Positions 11,401 through 20,124 of a stretch of DNA of 55,070 nt are shown piece after piece (positions within the stretch are counted from its first letter, which is position 1; each line of letters opens with the position of its first letter). The DNA comes from a virus (lineage: Duplodnaviria > Heunggongvirae > Uroviricota > Caudoviricetes). Under the pieces are notes generated by a model that saw only the letters and a list, made by a program, of their open reading frames with translations, did no database searches and was not told where the DNA came from. The DNA lies in the IMG/VR virus record IMGVR_UViG_3300047444_000299, positions 128,001 to 183,070 of that record, one strand, 5' to 3'. The position numbers and the translations under genes were made by a program.

Positions 11401-11602
11401 ATGTTGCGATATTACCATCCGATACATCAGCCCGGTCTTTCAGGTAATTGGTACGGTTGGTTAGTTGCTGAGACGCAATGTTAGCAACACCAGAGATAAC
11501 TACGTTGTCCTCGACAATCGGCGTACCACCTAATACTAGGTCTTCTTTCGCGATTCGGTAGATCGAGTTTTCCCATGTGCTACTTTCGAGTATTTCACTC
11601 AT
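8450..11602 (-). CDS. Tail fibre protein with Stf-like Ala/Ser/Thr repeats and C-terminal collar domain
   Basis: ANIASQQLTNRTNYLK N-terminus; SPTLTGTPLAPTA motif; collar ISRTTYANLF...GDGSTTFNVPDMRG. Confidence 0.85.
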   Translation of the reverse strand: MSEILESSTWENSIYRIAKEDLVLGGTPIVEDNVVISGVANIASQQLTNRTNYLKDRADVSDGNIATLTDQMATANTNIATSTHRLDILEPVVSTITANVVLATDDARQSASAAAGSATAAGVSANQAAASATTALTAGPNAAAAAASATAAATSATNAAASATSADISAASAMSSKNDAATSATSASASASSATSSATNANASKVAAATSATNAGVSASAAASSASDASSSATSATSSKTAAATSATAAATSASGASASQTAAATSATAASGSATAASGSASAASGSASAAATSATNSLGSANNSANSATAASGSATAAATSATNSANSATAANTSSSAASTFATNAGSSATAAAGSATTAATSATAASGSATTASNAQAAVAASATTATNAASAASASATAAAGSATAAASSASDAAASAAAALSYATPHYRGYFTTYAAMVSGVSSPVAGDYADVDAGTGTDAKQYIWDTNDSKWVVASATDPMTAAQVKTLYESNLNTNAYTDTEKAKLGGIATAATANSSDAVLLNRANHTGTQAISTVVGLQTAIDGKEPVISTGTTSGFWRGDKTWTDFATTVRASILTGLSVATATATSAADTILVAIGKLQAQITGLSTSKLDASANAVSATKLVTARNINGVAFDGTANITVADSTKEPSIATGTTAQVWRGDKTWVALDKTYVALSNVDNTSDASKPVSTATQTALNLKQDSLGFSPVQQGGGTGQLGNKVYIGWSAVGLKVTIDSTDQGALVFAGSNSSITSLTGLTTPLSVAQGGTGTGTATGTGNLVLAASPTLTGTPLAPTATAGTNTTQVATTAFVTTAVSAAGSTPPGAVAFFAMIWAPTGYLSSDGSAISRTTYANLFNAITYAVTCNVTSGSNSITATSLNSGWFVGMPVSGPGIPAGATITAANGTTTFTLSANATVTTTGATIRICPAGVGDGSTTFNVPDMRGRGPRGWDAGAGVDINRVLGSYQADAFSSHNHGVTDPGHFHSMGVTTGTAYTAGGVFSAIAGSTNTGSKATGISIQNTGGTETVMKNIALLACIKY
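10330..11280 (-). repeat. Low-complexity coding repeats (AASATAAAGS-type) in tail fibre
   Basis: Recurrent GATCCAGAAGCAGCGGTAGCCGA-like units. Confidence 0.85.
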
Positions 11603-11611
11603 GTTAATTCC

Positions 11612-12649
11612 TTATGCATAACTGGTAATTTTTTTCAGACCCGGCGAATAATGGTTTTGATACATCGTCATCACCGACCCCGATGTATTTTTAGGACGAT
11701 TACCGGCCTGATTGAATGAAATGTGAATCCACGGGGCATTTCCATGCTCCCAAAGTAATTGATCGTAATTCAAGTTGGCCTTAACCCATTGGGCAATCGC
11801 AAACATTTGATCGTATGACTTGCCGGGGAATTGTATATCCACAGCCTGACCCTTCTCATGTTGTGACCTGCCATTCTGGTGTGTACGGAATCCACTATTG
11901 ATTCGGAAGCTACCGTATGTTGCCCTGAATGGCTCTAGGATGTTTTCCGCAAGAGCTTTCAAGTTACATACAATCTGAGATTCGGTTAAACCATTTTGAG
12001 CTTTGATGGTGTGTGGGAACAATGCGTTAATACTTAAATGGCGCAGTTTGAAGTTCGCACTTAACTGGAAATCGTAATCAATTGGTGTTGTAATCGCGGA
12101 ACAATCTGAAACCGGTGTACTTGGTGGCTCTGGCTCTGGTACATCGTCTTCCACTTCTACCGGTACTTCTACCGGGATCGGGGTTGGTGGTGATGTTTGC
12201 GGCAAAGGCGGATAGACCGGGGGCATTGGGGTAACACCACCAACACCACTACTAGCACTATTTACTTCAAATTCATCGTCAATACCGGAATACCCAACAT
12301 TGTTAATCAGGGGCTCGGCGTTTTTAAACGAATTTTGATTCGACGGCATTGTTACACCAAAGACCGTAATAAACGATTCATTCGCATAAACCGTTGGCGA
12401 CCCGACGTTAATGATTGACCCAAGATTAGTTAGATCAAATACCCGAGCCACTTGCTTCTTATTGGCATAGACACTTACAGAACCTGTAGATGTTTTATGG
12501 TCTGGGTTTGGTAACACCCACGAATCATCTACCCGGTGAACCGGTAGGTGGTTAGCATTTACGTTAGGCGAACCTGTCAATGCGTTGGTTGCAATACCAC
12601 CGCTTGGACCGGGAACGCATGTATCACCTACGCGGGTTATATTAGTCAT
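11612..12649 (-). CDS. PAAR (gp5.4-like) spike tip fused to peptidase M15-type Zn domain
   Basis: Three PAAR-like repeats (RVGD, HRVDD, ARVFD), Pro-rich linker, SGFR..SQH..AVDI..WIHIS. Confidence 0.8.
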   Translation of the reverse strand: MTNITRVGDTCVPGPSGGIATNALTGSPNVNANHLPVHRVDDSWVLPNPDHKTSTGSVSVYANKKQVARVFDLTNLGSIINVGSPTVYANESFITVFGVTMPSNQNSFKNAEPLINNVGYSGIDDEFEVNSASSGVGGVTPMPPVYPPLPQTSPPTPIPVEVPVEVEDDVPEPEPPSTPVSDCSAITTPIDYDFQLSANFKLRHLSINALFPHTIKAQNGLTESQIVCNLKALAENILEPFRATYGSFRINSGFRTHQNGRSQHEKGQAVDIQFPGKSYDQMFAIAQWVKANLNYDQLLWEHGNAPWIHISFNQAGNRPKNTSGSVMTMYQNHYSPGLKKITSYA

Positions 12650-13242
12650 TAAGGGGTAACACCTGTTTCTGGATCAACTTGAATTGGGTTGATATTAAGT
12701 GGTGGTTTGGATGGGGCCGCGAAGGTTTGAACCTCTGTCGCCGCTGGATTTGTTGTTGGTGGTACAGACGGTTGAATTTTTTTCGCTGTACCCTCATTTG
12801 GAACAACTAACCCATCCACCGCAGGGTCACATATCCCACTGATTGCATCTTGCAGCAATTCTTCTGGGGATTTGTGCATCCACGATGGGAGCATTGCTTC
12901 GACGGAAGACTTTAAGCCTTCAATTTCAGATCGTAATTCCGCGATTACTTCATCAGCAGCACCAATCATTTGTTGTTCAAGGGCTGCGATTTGAGCTTGA
13001 GTTTCTTCGGCAAATTCCATTAGGGTTTGTTCAAATGTTGCAACAGCACCTTTTGCAGATTCCAAGGCACTTGATGCCTCCGACTTTACAGTATTTATAG
13101 CGGAACTTATTTTGGCCCCAATCGAGGCGGCTGTACCGGATGTTGGTGAATTGGTAATTGTATTAACAATTCCATCCACCGCAGCACTAGCCGCCGAGCT
13201 GACTGAATCAACTAAGCTGTCTAAATTTTTACAAGCTGACAT
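12649..13242 (-). CDS. Hypothetical helical/coiled-coil protein between gp5 and PAAR
   Basis: 197 aa ORF coupled to both neighbours. Confidence 0.65.
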   Translation of the reverse strand: MSACKNLDSLVDSVSSAASAAVDGIVNTITNSPTSGTAASIGAKISSAINTVKSEASSALESAKGAVATFEQTLMEFAEETQAQIAALEQQMIGAADEVIAELRSEIEGLKSSVEAMLPSWMHKSPEELLQDAISGICDPAVDGLVVPNEGTAKKIQPSVPPTTNPAATEVQTFAAPSKPPLNINPIQVDPETGVTP

Positions 13243-13250
13243 AAATCACC

Positions 13251-14522
13251 TTAGTTTAAATCGATCCGAGAACCTAAAATAGCGGTCGGACCAGTTGCAT
13301 CAATTGTTGCGGCCCCGGAAACACCAACACTGAATGTTGCACAGGCTAGGCCGTATGCAGACGAAACGTTGATACTGTAACTACCACCAACCATATCGGT
13401 TTTGTTACCACCGGTAATATGGGTGAAATTGGTAGCAGCGGTTTGTGTCCAGTCGCCTAAACATTGAATTGAGTTTTTAGCACCGATTTGGAGCGAGTTG
13501 TTCATCCCAATCGATTCTGTTTTGTTTAGGGCAACAACTTCTGTTCTGTTGGAGCCATCGCGTTGTACTACGTTACCTTGGGTGTTAACAAATGATTCAC
13601 CCAGAATATCGCGAGTATAATTACCCTCGATCTTTTCAGATAGGCTACCCTTAATCAATCTAGTTACATCCCCATTAACCTGTTCCTGCACATCCCCTTG
13701 AACCAGAATCTTTGCATTACCCAAAATAGTTATGGTTTGATCTTTACCGACCAGAATATTTCTACCACCGACGACAATAATAGTTTGATCTTCGGTAATT
13801 TTCTGGGATACAGAACCATCCGGTTGCCATTCTTCATAGGTTCCGGTAGTACCGTGCATCCAATGCATTCTTTCAGCACCCGGCGAATCATCAAATTCTT
13901 CAACATGACCCGATTCTGTTTCGCGTACATGGTTGTACGGGTAGCGGGTGTTGTTGGCCGCAGCCGGTTCATCCCACTTCGGACCAAGGGCGTCTGTAGA
14001 CCCTAGTACCCCAGTAGTCGCTACACTATTCACGGCAGTTGGGATACCTGTAATCCGAGCTGCAATTTTTGATGCAAGTCCCCTATGGGTTCTGAAAGCA
14101 GATCGTGCCAGACGGTTTAGATCCGGTTCGTTCAAAAACTTCGGGTAAACCCCCTTCGGATCGTTGAACCCTTGGGTTTTGTCCGGGGCGGCTACAGGGA
14201 TTCCATCAATTGTCCCGAGGATATACGGAAGCTGGCATAGATGGCCGTCCAAGAAGAACCCAAAGACCATAGAACCCTCTACAGGGCCGTTTGGTGATAT
14301 ACCAACACCACTAACCGATGCAGATTGCACAGAATTGATGGTTTGCGCCCAAAGCAGTTCTTCGGTTGGAATACCCTTGAACTGGTCTTTTACTTTATCG
14401 GCGGTATGTGCGCCGTAAACCCGAACCCGTAGACGACCCATTTCAAGTGGGTCATTACGAGCCTCGACAACTCCGAAGAACCAATTCAACTCAAATTGTG
14501 TATTACTTTTCACGTTTCTCAC
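13251..14522 (-). CDS. 5: Baseplate central spike gp5 (OB-fold + beta-helix, no lysozyme domain)
   Basis: FFGVVEARNDPLEMGRLRVRV, YPYNHVRETESGH, beta-helix repeats; only 423 aa. Confidence 0.9.
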   Translation of the reverse strand: MRNVKSNTQFELNWFFGVVEARNDPLEMGRLRVRVYGAHTADKVKDQFKGIPTEELLWAQTINSVQSASVSGVGISPNGPVEGSMVFGFFLDGHLCQLPYILGTIDGIPVAAPDKTQGFNDPKGVYPKFLNEPDLNRLARSAFRTHRGLASKIAARITGIPTAVNSVATTGVLGSTDALGPKWDEPAAANNTRYPYNHVRETESGHVEEFDDSPGAERMHWMHGTTGTYEEWQPDGSVSQKITEDQTIIVVGGRNILVGKDQTITILGNAKILVQGDVQEQVNGDVTRLIKGSLSEKIEGNYTRDILGESFVNTQGNVVQRDGSNRTEVVALNKTESIGMNNSLQIGAKNSIQCLGDWTQTAATNFTHITGGNKTDMVGGSYSINVSSAYGLACATFSVGVSGAATIDATGPTAILGSRIDLN

Positions 14523-15732
14523 CTTTGATATTCGATTCTTTTCGAATGCTCACTGTCATGTAGTAATCTTTCGATGTAATTTCATGTTTAATTTGGGAAA
14601 TTAGATATTTACCAGAACTAGTGAAATCCACGTCAGGACCAAACTTGAAATCGAAATAAACTGTATCACCAAGTTGTATATCGATGTTTCCGGGAATTTT
14701 CACAATCATTTCAGTTGAATTCAGCAATGTCCGGTTCATAATCCGCTTCAATCGCTGATTCACGGTCGATTCACGGTTGGTGCTGTAAACTGAATTGCCC
14801 GGTTGCACCCGGTAGTGCATATCCTTTGGATACTCTGGTGCGACGGAACCGATGTAAATCTTTTCCGGGTTCATCGTCGGATATGCCGTAACATAGTCGT
14901 CATACCCAATCTGGGAGGTAACAGCTCGCTTCTGGATTGTATCAATTTCATCCAAGGTAATCTGATACCCACCCTCAACCCGATCTATCAAATCGAAATG
15001 AACACCTTTCGAAGCTTGATCAGCCTTCAACCTATCAAACTGAACCAAATTATCAATGTTGGCGTTGATACGTTGTGTGAACGCAGCTTTACCCATCGTA
15101 TACATCGATTTGAAATGCCAACCATTCAGATTTTCATAGAATCTATAATCGCTGGACAAGTTGTCTTTGGATGTCGATTCGTTAGACAATCTATAGATAA
15201 AATCAAATGCAGTTGTGTTTGGGATAATCCAGTCACGCGGGTGTAATGTAGGTTCAACTTCTACGGTCAACCCAAGACATGTCATTATGTCGGTTACAAT
15301 ATCCGACGTAAGAGCTTGTTTATAAGACTTTGAAAATAGATTAGATTGAGACAGCCATTGTGATTCCGACACAAAATCCATAACCAGAAGTTGGTTGTTG
15401 TTGTCTTTTTGCTTCTGTAGGTTGTGAATTTTGGTAATCTTGTATTTCTTTACAAATTCAGTCTTCCCGATAGCACCACCATCCAACCGGGTTTGAAATG
15501 AAACCTCAAGCCATTCCTGACCAACAATCGGTAAATTGATATGTAACCCATTATCATCAAGTACCGCGATGGTTCCATGTTGATATGGAAACTGCCCACT
15601 CAAACTTTCAAAGATAGAAAGTTTCTGCATAACTCTTGAAATGTCATATTTATCACCCTGAAAGTTGATCAGGTTGATATATTTGATGATATGGGAATTT
15701 TGAGGCTGATTTAAACCATTAGGTACGCCCAT
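14503..15732 (-). CDS. Baseplate hub protein (gp27-like)
   Basis: 409 aa between 53 and 5; YRFYENLNGWHF and SGKYLISQIKH motifs. Confidence 0.65.
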   Translation of the reverse strand: MGVPNGLNQPQNSHIIKYINLINFQGDKYDISRVMQKLSIFESLSGQFPYQHGTIAVLDDNGLHINLPIVGQEWLEVSFQTRLDGGAIGKTEFVKKYKITKIHNLQKQKDNNNQLLVMDFVSESQWLSQSNLFSKSYKQALTSDIVTDIMTCLGLTVEVEPTLHPRDWIIPNTTAFDFIYRLSNESTSKDNLSSDYRFYENLNGWHFKSMYTMGKAAFTQRINANIDNLVQFDRLKADQASKGVHFDLIDRVEGGYQITLDEIDTIQKRAVTSQIGYDDYVTAYPTMNPEKIYIGSVAPEYPKDMHYRVQPGNSVYSTNRESTVNQRLKRIMNRTLLNSTEMIVKIPGNIDIQLGDTVYFDFKFGPDVDFTSSGKYLISQIKHEITSKDYYMTVSIRKESNIKGEKREK

Positions 15733-16342
15733 TCTGTTTACTCACAAATGCGTCTACAAACACCCTGATGTCTTCGGGGCGTATAATGAGGATCTTTCGA
15801 AGTTCCTCGTTCTTGTCCATTTCATATTCAACGTTAGTCACTGGGATCAGGGTTCCGATAAATTGAATGTGTTCCAGCGCTGTATCATAGACATTGAACC
15901 ATTTGATGTTATCTGGATCGACGCTGTTATGTTTGATTCTAGCGTTGTACGACTCACTACCATCGTAAAAGAACGTTACCCCAGTTTCTGGAACTACGTT
16001 GTAATACATATCCCCGGTTACCGGGTCAACATGGTGATGGATCGCATCGGCACCGCCGAAATCTGCATACTTCTTTTCAGCATAAGCCCGAATCACATCA
16101 TCCGGGCGAATCCAACCGTGCCACGGATCGATAACCCCATTAATCAGCAACAGAACCCATTCCAAGTTAGGATCGCCGTATAGGCTATAGGCAAGCTGTT
16201 CTGGGCGTGGGGCGCCAATAATCGTATATTGGCGATGAATGAATAGGTGTTTAATTTGGTCATATGACAATCCCAAATCTACAAATAGATTTGGGATTGT
16301 ATAACCTTCATATGTAACCGATCCAAATTTATCTAAAATCAT
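15719..16342 (-). CDS. 53: Baseplate wedge subunit gp53
   Basis: RPEQLAYSLYGDPNLEWVLLLIN LysM-like motif. Confidence 0.88.
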   Translation of the reverse strand: MILDKFGSVTYEGYTIPNLFVDLGLSYDQIKHLFIHRQYTIIGAPRPEQLAYSLYGDPNLEWVLLLINGVIDPWHGWIRPDDVIRAYAEKKYADFGGADAIHHHVDPVTGDMYYNVVPETGVTFFYDGSESYNARIKHNSVDPDNIKWFNVYDTALEHIQFIGTLIPVTNVEYEMDKNEELRKILIIRPEDIRVFVDAFVSKQNGRT

Positions 16343-17229
16343 AGATTAAAATCCTGAATGTCTTCGCGAGTTACAATAGTGTTTTCGATGAATTCTAATG
16401 TCAACTTAATCGCAATTGGATCACCGGTTTCAAAGCTTTTCCACGTACCATCCGGGGTATAGTCGATTTCAACACTGGTTAGGAACGCAGGACCAAATTT
16501 GAACACCGGGATAATACGATTGGACACCCCAGAAGCTTCAACTTCTTCGATATACCATCGACTAGGGACGCGGATGTAATCGTTAGATACCGCACTGGTG
16601 GCCGAGTTTGCCTTAAAGAATTTAATCATCCCGGCAATTTGAACCAATTCAGCTTGATTGCGCGGACGCAGATCAAACGTAAATTTCTGCTTACGAAGGG
16701 CTGTACCAGTAAAGTTTGCCGAATTGTGTTGGTTCCATACCGATCTACCAAAATCCTTCATCAGACTTGGGGCATGTTTGTTCATTTCATATCCAAGCAC
16801 AGCTTTCGCGCCTTCAACCCCGGCCTGTCCAATCAGATGGTCATATCCACCACCCTTTTGAATAGCGTTGTTAAAAACCCATAGAAGCCCCCGACCATCC
16901 TCGTTGAAATGTTGGGTATATGAAGTTTCAAGTTCTGGCATGTAAAGAAATACCGATCCGATATTCTTTTCTCGAATTGTGGTAAGACTCCCGAATATTT
17001 CAGCACGCCTTGATGTTGGCTCATTACCCTGAATAGCATCGGTAGCATTGAAAACTAATCTTGATGTGTGGTGACTACCCTGCAATGTCAGGGGGTACAT
17101 CCATTTCCCTTTAGTTTTGCTGGTGTCGTTTCCAGAACCACCGACCAAACCAGTAATGTCGTCCCATAGCCCGGAAACTTTTTTAGAGGCTTCACCTGCT
17201 AGTTGATTGATGGACGGTATAATCGGCAT
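16339..17229 (-). CDS. 48: Baseplate tail-tube cap gp48
   Basis: RKQKFTFDLRPRN, DYTPDG, LTLEFIE motifs. Confidence 0.8.
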   Translation of the reverse strand: MPIIPSINQLAGEASKKVSGLWDDITGLVGGSGNDTSKTKGKWMYPLTLQGSHHTSRLVFNATDAIQGNEPTSRRAEIFGSLTTIREKNIGSVFLYMPELETSYTQHFNEDGRGLLWVFNNAIQKGGGYDHLIGQAGVEGAKAVLGYEMNKHAPSLMKDFGRSVWNQHNSANFTGTALRKQKFTFDLRPRNQAELVQIAGMIKFFKANSATSAVSNDYIRVPSRWYIEEVEASGVSNRIIPVFKFGPAFLTSVEIDYTPDGTWKSFETGDPIAIKLTLEFIENTIVTREDIQDFNL

Positions 17230-17242
17230 AATTTCACCATAG

Positions 17243-17271
17243 TATAAATAAGTAATAATATAGTATTTATG
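17243..17271. promoter_or_regulatory. Divergent late promoters (TATAAATA on +, CATAAATA on -)
   Basis: TATAAATA at 17243-17250 and TATTTATG at 17264-17271 between divergent genes 48 and 4. Confidence 0.7.
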
Positions 17272-17280
17272 AGGTTGTAT

Positions 17281-17751
17281 ATGGCCGGTTCACAATCCGG
17301 GACTTATCGGGGGAGATATACACCGACCAACAGAAATAAATACAAGGGCAACATAGAGAAAGTTCACTATCGTAGTTCTTGGGAATTGGCTGTTATGAAG
17401 TGGTTAGATTTTTCACCATTGGTCAAGCGATGGAATTCGGAGGATGTTGTAATCCAATACAAGGATACAATGGACCAGAGAATGCATCGGTATTTCATCG
17501 ACTTCTGGGTTGAATTTGAAAATGGGATTATCTATTTGTGGGAAGTAAAACCCTACGCACAGACCCAAGTTCCATTGCCCCCAAAACGAGTTACCCCAGC
17601 GTCCAAGGCGCGACATCTAGAAGAAGTATTCACTTACCAGAAGAATCGGGACAAGTGGATCGCCGCGAAAAAGTTCGCAGATGAACGCAGTTGGATATTC
17701 AAGGTGCTGACCGAAAAAGCACTCCGCAAATATGGGATTCTGACAACATAA
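17281..17751 (+). CDS. 4: Head completion nuclease gp4
   Basis: YRSSWE, HRYFIDF, EVKP (TnsA-like) motifs. Confidence 0.9.
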   Translation: MAGSQSGTYRGRYTPTNRNKYKGNIEKVHYRSSWELAVMKWLDFSPLVKRWNSEDVVIQYKDTMDQRMHRYFIDFWVEFENGIIYLWEVKPYAQTQVPLPPKRVTPASKARHLEEVFTYQKNRDKWIAAKKFADERSWIFKVLTEKALRKYGILTT

Positions 17752-18344
17752 TGGCAGAAACAAAACCAAGGGTTCGTAAAGAGCCTGACAAGGTAGCCCA
17801 GTTTAGAGCCTCATTGGCTGCAATGGACGCCCTACCTAACGCTAAGAAGAACAACAAAAGCATCAAATGGTTCAAGGAGACTGTAGAAGGTATCCCGAAA
17901 TCCAAGATTGCCCCGAAACTACAAGCGGGCAAGATGTACACCTATGTATATGATGCAAAGTACAAAAAGACACTCCCGTACTGGGATCGATTCCCGCTTA
18001 TCATCATGTTGGATGTGACACCAACCCACCAATTGGGTTTGAACCTTCACTACCTCCCACCGAAGGCCAGACAGGCTTTTATGGAGAAAATCCTAGCAAT
18101 GTTAAGCCAAAAGAACCTTGGACCGAAAGCATATTTCAAAATCAACTGGGATGCGGTTAAACGTTATCCGGGTGCTGATAAAATGATCAAGTTATATATT
18201 CGATCACGGATCAAGGGTCATATGGTGGAAATCAATCCAATGTATTGGGCCAACGCAATTTATCTACCAACACAACAATTCTTGGACAAAGACGGCAAAC
18301 GTTTTTCTGCACGGAAAGTTTGGGCGGATGGGAAGACACACTAA
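17751..18344 (+). CDS. 2: DNA end protector gp2
   Basis: YDAKYKKTLPYWDRFPLI and GLNLHYLPP; ATG at 17751. Confidence 0.92.
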   Translation: MAETKPRVRKEPDKVAQFRASLAAMDALPNAKKNNKSIKWFKETVEGIPKSKIAPKLQAGKMYTYVYDAKYKKTLPYWDRFPLIIMLDVTPTHQLGLNLHYLPPKARQAFMEKILAMLSQKNLGPKAYFKINWDAVKRYPGADKMIKLYIRSRIKGHMVEINPMYWANAIYLPTQQFLDKDGKRFSARKVWADGKTH

Positions 18345-19114
18345 TGGCAACAATCGATATCGACAAATTCAGAGCCGCTTTACTGAAAGACGACCTTGGA
18401 CGAGCAAACTTGTTCAAGGTCGAGTTTCCAAGCAAGATTGGTATTAAGATTAAAACAACAGATGGGTATACCGGTAGTAGCATATTCCGATCAATCACAG
18501 ACACCTTATCCAAAGAAGTATTGGCGAGAGCCGAACCGTACAGACATCTAACTGGGTTCTTTAGCCCTGAGATTATCCGAGCGGCTGGACTGGGGGATAT
18601 GTTGGATAAATACCTACAATATCCATATGATTTGGGGATGTATGTAAAGGATGTTGGCGTTCCGGGTAGAACCTTAACAACAACAGATGTACATTCAAAC
18701 CAGATCCCGTATAGCATAGTAACTGGTAGTGAATTTGATTTAATGTCAATGACATTCATCGTAACACCATCCCAAAAAGAGCGTCAGTTCTTTTTAGATT
18801 GGATGAACAAAGCCTGTAATATGGATAATTTCAAATTCGGGTTTTATGAGGATTACGTCGCAAACATCAATATCAAATTCTGCGACCGCCAAGGGAACAT
18901 GGCATCTAAAACTGAGATTGCAGAAGCCTATCCAGTTAGTGTATCGGATATGGCATTGTCATATGACAATAACAATCAGCTTGCGACATTCGATGTTCAA
19001 TTCAAATTCAAGAATGTTGTAACCAAAGAAGCCACGGATTCGGGTGACGGGAATATCTTTACCGAAGCCAAGCATTGGTACGATTCCATCAAACGCATTT
19101 CCAAGATCATTTAA
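18344..19114 (+). CDS. 54: Baseplate tail-tube initiator gp54
   Basis: RANLFKV, EAYPVSVS..LSYD..FDVQF (gp19/gp54 fold). Confidence 0.8.
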   Translation: MATIDIDKFRAALLKDDLGRANLFKVEFPSKIGIKIKTTDGYTGSSIFRSITDTLSKEVLARAEPYRHLTGFFSPEIIRAAGLGDMLDKYLQYPYDLGMYVKDVGVPGRTLTTTDVHSNQIPYSIVTGSEFDLMSMTFIVTPSQKERQFFLDWMNKACNMDNFKFGFYEDYVANINIKFCDRQGNMASKTEIAEAYPVSVSDMALSYDNNNQLATFDVQFKFKNVVTKEATDSGDGNIFTEAKHWYDSIKRISKII

Positions 19115-19126
19115 GAGTATTTTATT

Positions 19127-19930
19127 ATGGGCAAACTTGCCAACCTAGCATTAGATTCGCTACCAACATTCAAATGTTTAGTTCCTAGCTTGGGAAAGAT
19201 GGTTACACTACGATCTTTTGTAACCAAAGAACAAAAACTTTTGCTGATCGCAAAACAATCTGAAGGTGACAAACTCGAAGGTATTGTGAATGCGGTTAGT
19301 CAAGTCATTCAAAACTGCATCACCATTGGTGATGTTGTAGTAAGCGAACTACCAAGTTTTGACATTGAATACATGTTCGTCCAACTGTTCATGCATTCGA
19401 CCGGTACATCCAAATCCAAATCGTTCTACCTGTGCAAAAATCCTGTACTGGATGCCGAGGGGAATCAAACCACGAATGAACAAGGTGAATTAGTCACTTG
19501 CGACCAGCCAAACGGTGTGGTAGTCGAACTCAAAGAAGCTAAAGTGTCCACCAGTGAAATTCAGACTGGGATCATCGAAGTCAAATCCTCGTCCATCGAC
19601 AAACTGATATTGAAGTACCCAAACTTCGAACAGATTACACGTCATGATATTGGAGTTGCCGAAGACGACATTGAAGCCACGATGCAAGTCTATGCCGAAT
19701 GCCTGACCTTTGTTTACAAAGCCGATGGCGTTGTTATGAATAATGGCGAAGACTACAACACAGAAGACGCCCTTGAATTGATGGAATTACTCCCTAAAAA
19801 TATTTTCGACCAAGTTATTGCGTTCTTTGTCAATATCCCATCGGTTACCGGACACGCAGATTTTGCATGTCGGAAATGTGGACATACCGCAAAGATCGAA
19901 CTGCGAGGTCTAAACGATTTTTTCTCTTAA
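19127..19930 (+). CDS. 26: Baseplate hub assembly chaperone gp26
   Basis: RSFVTKEQKLLL, FDIEYMF, C-terminal CxxC..LRGLNDFF. Confidence 0.85.
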   Translation: MGKLANLALDSLPTFKCLVPSLGKMVTLRSFVTKEQKLLLIAKQSEGDKLEGIVNAVSQVIQNCITIGDVVVSELPSFDIEYMFVQLFMHSTGTSKSKSFYLCKNPVLDAEGNQTTNEQGELVTCDQPNGVVVELKEAKVSTSEIQTGIIEVKSSSIDKLILKYPNFEQITRHDIGVAEDDIEATMQVYAECLTFVYKADGVVMNNGEDYNTEDALELMELLPKNIFDQVIAFFVNIPSVTGHADFACRKCGHTAKIELRGLNDFFS

Positions 19931-20124
19931 CTCAGGCCGAAGATAGTCTTGGTGATTACATGAAAACCAACTTCGACCTGCAAAAATACCACCAATATTC
20001 TCTATCCGAATTAGAGTCAATGATGCCTTGGGAAAGAAAAACTTTGATTACCCAAGTTATGCAATGGCTGGATTCGGAAAAGAAACGACTGGACAGAATG
20101 AGAAATGGCCGACAACGACAATGA
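19918..20124 (+). CDS. 51: gp51-like hub assembly catalyst (in -1 frame from the gp26 slippery site; ATG at 19960)
   Basis: YMKTNFDLQKYHQYSLSELESMMPWER motif. Confidence 0.8.
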   Translation, partial: FFLLTQAEDSLGDYMKTNFDLQKYHQYSLSELESMMPWERKTLITQVMQWLDSEKKRLDRMRNGRQRQ

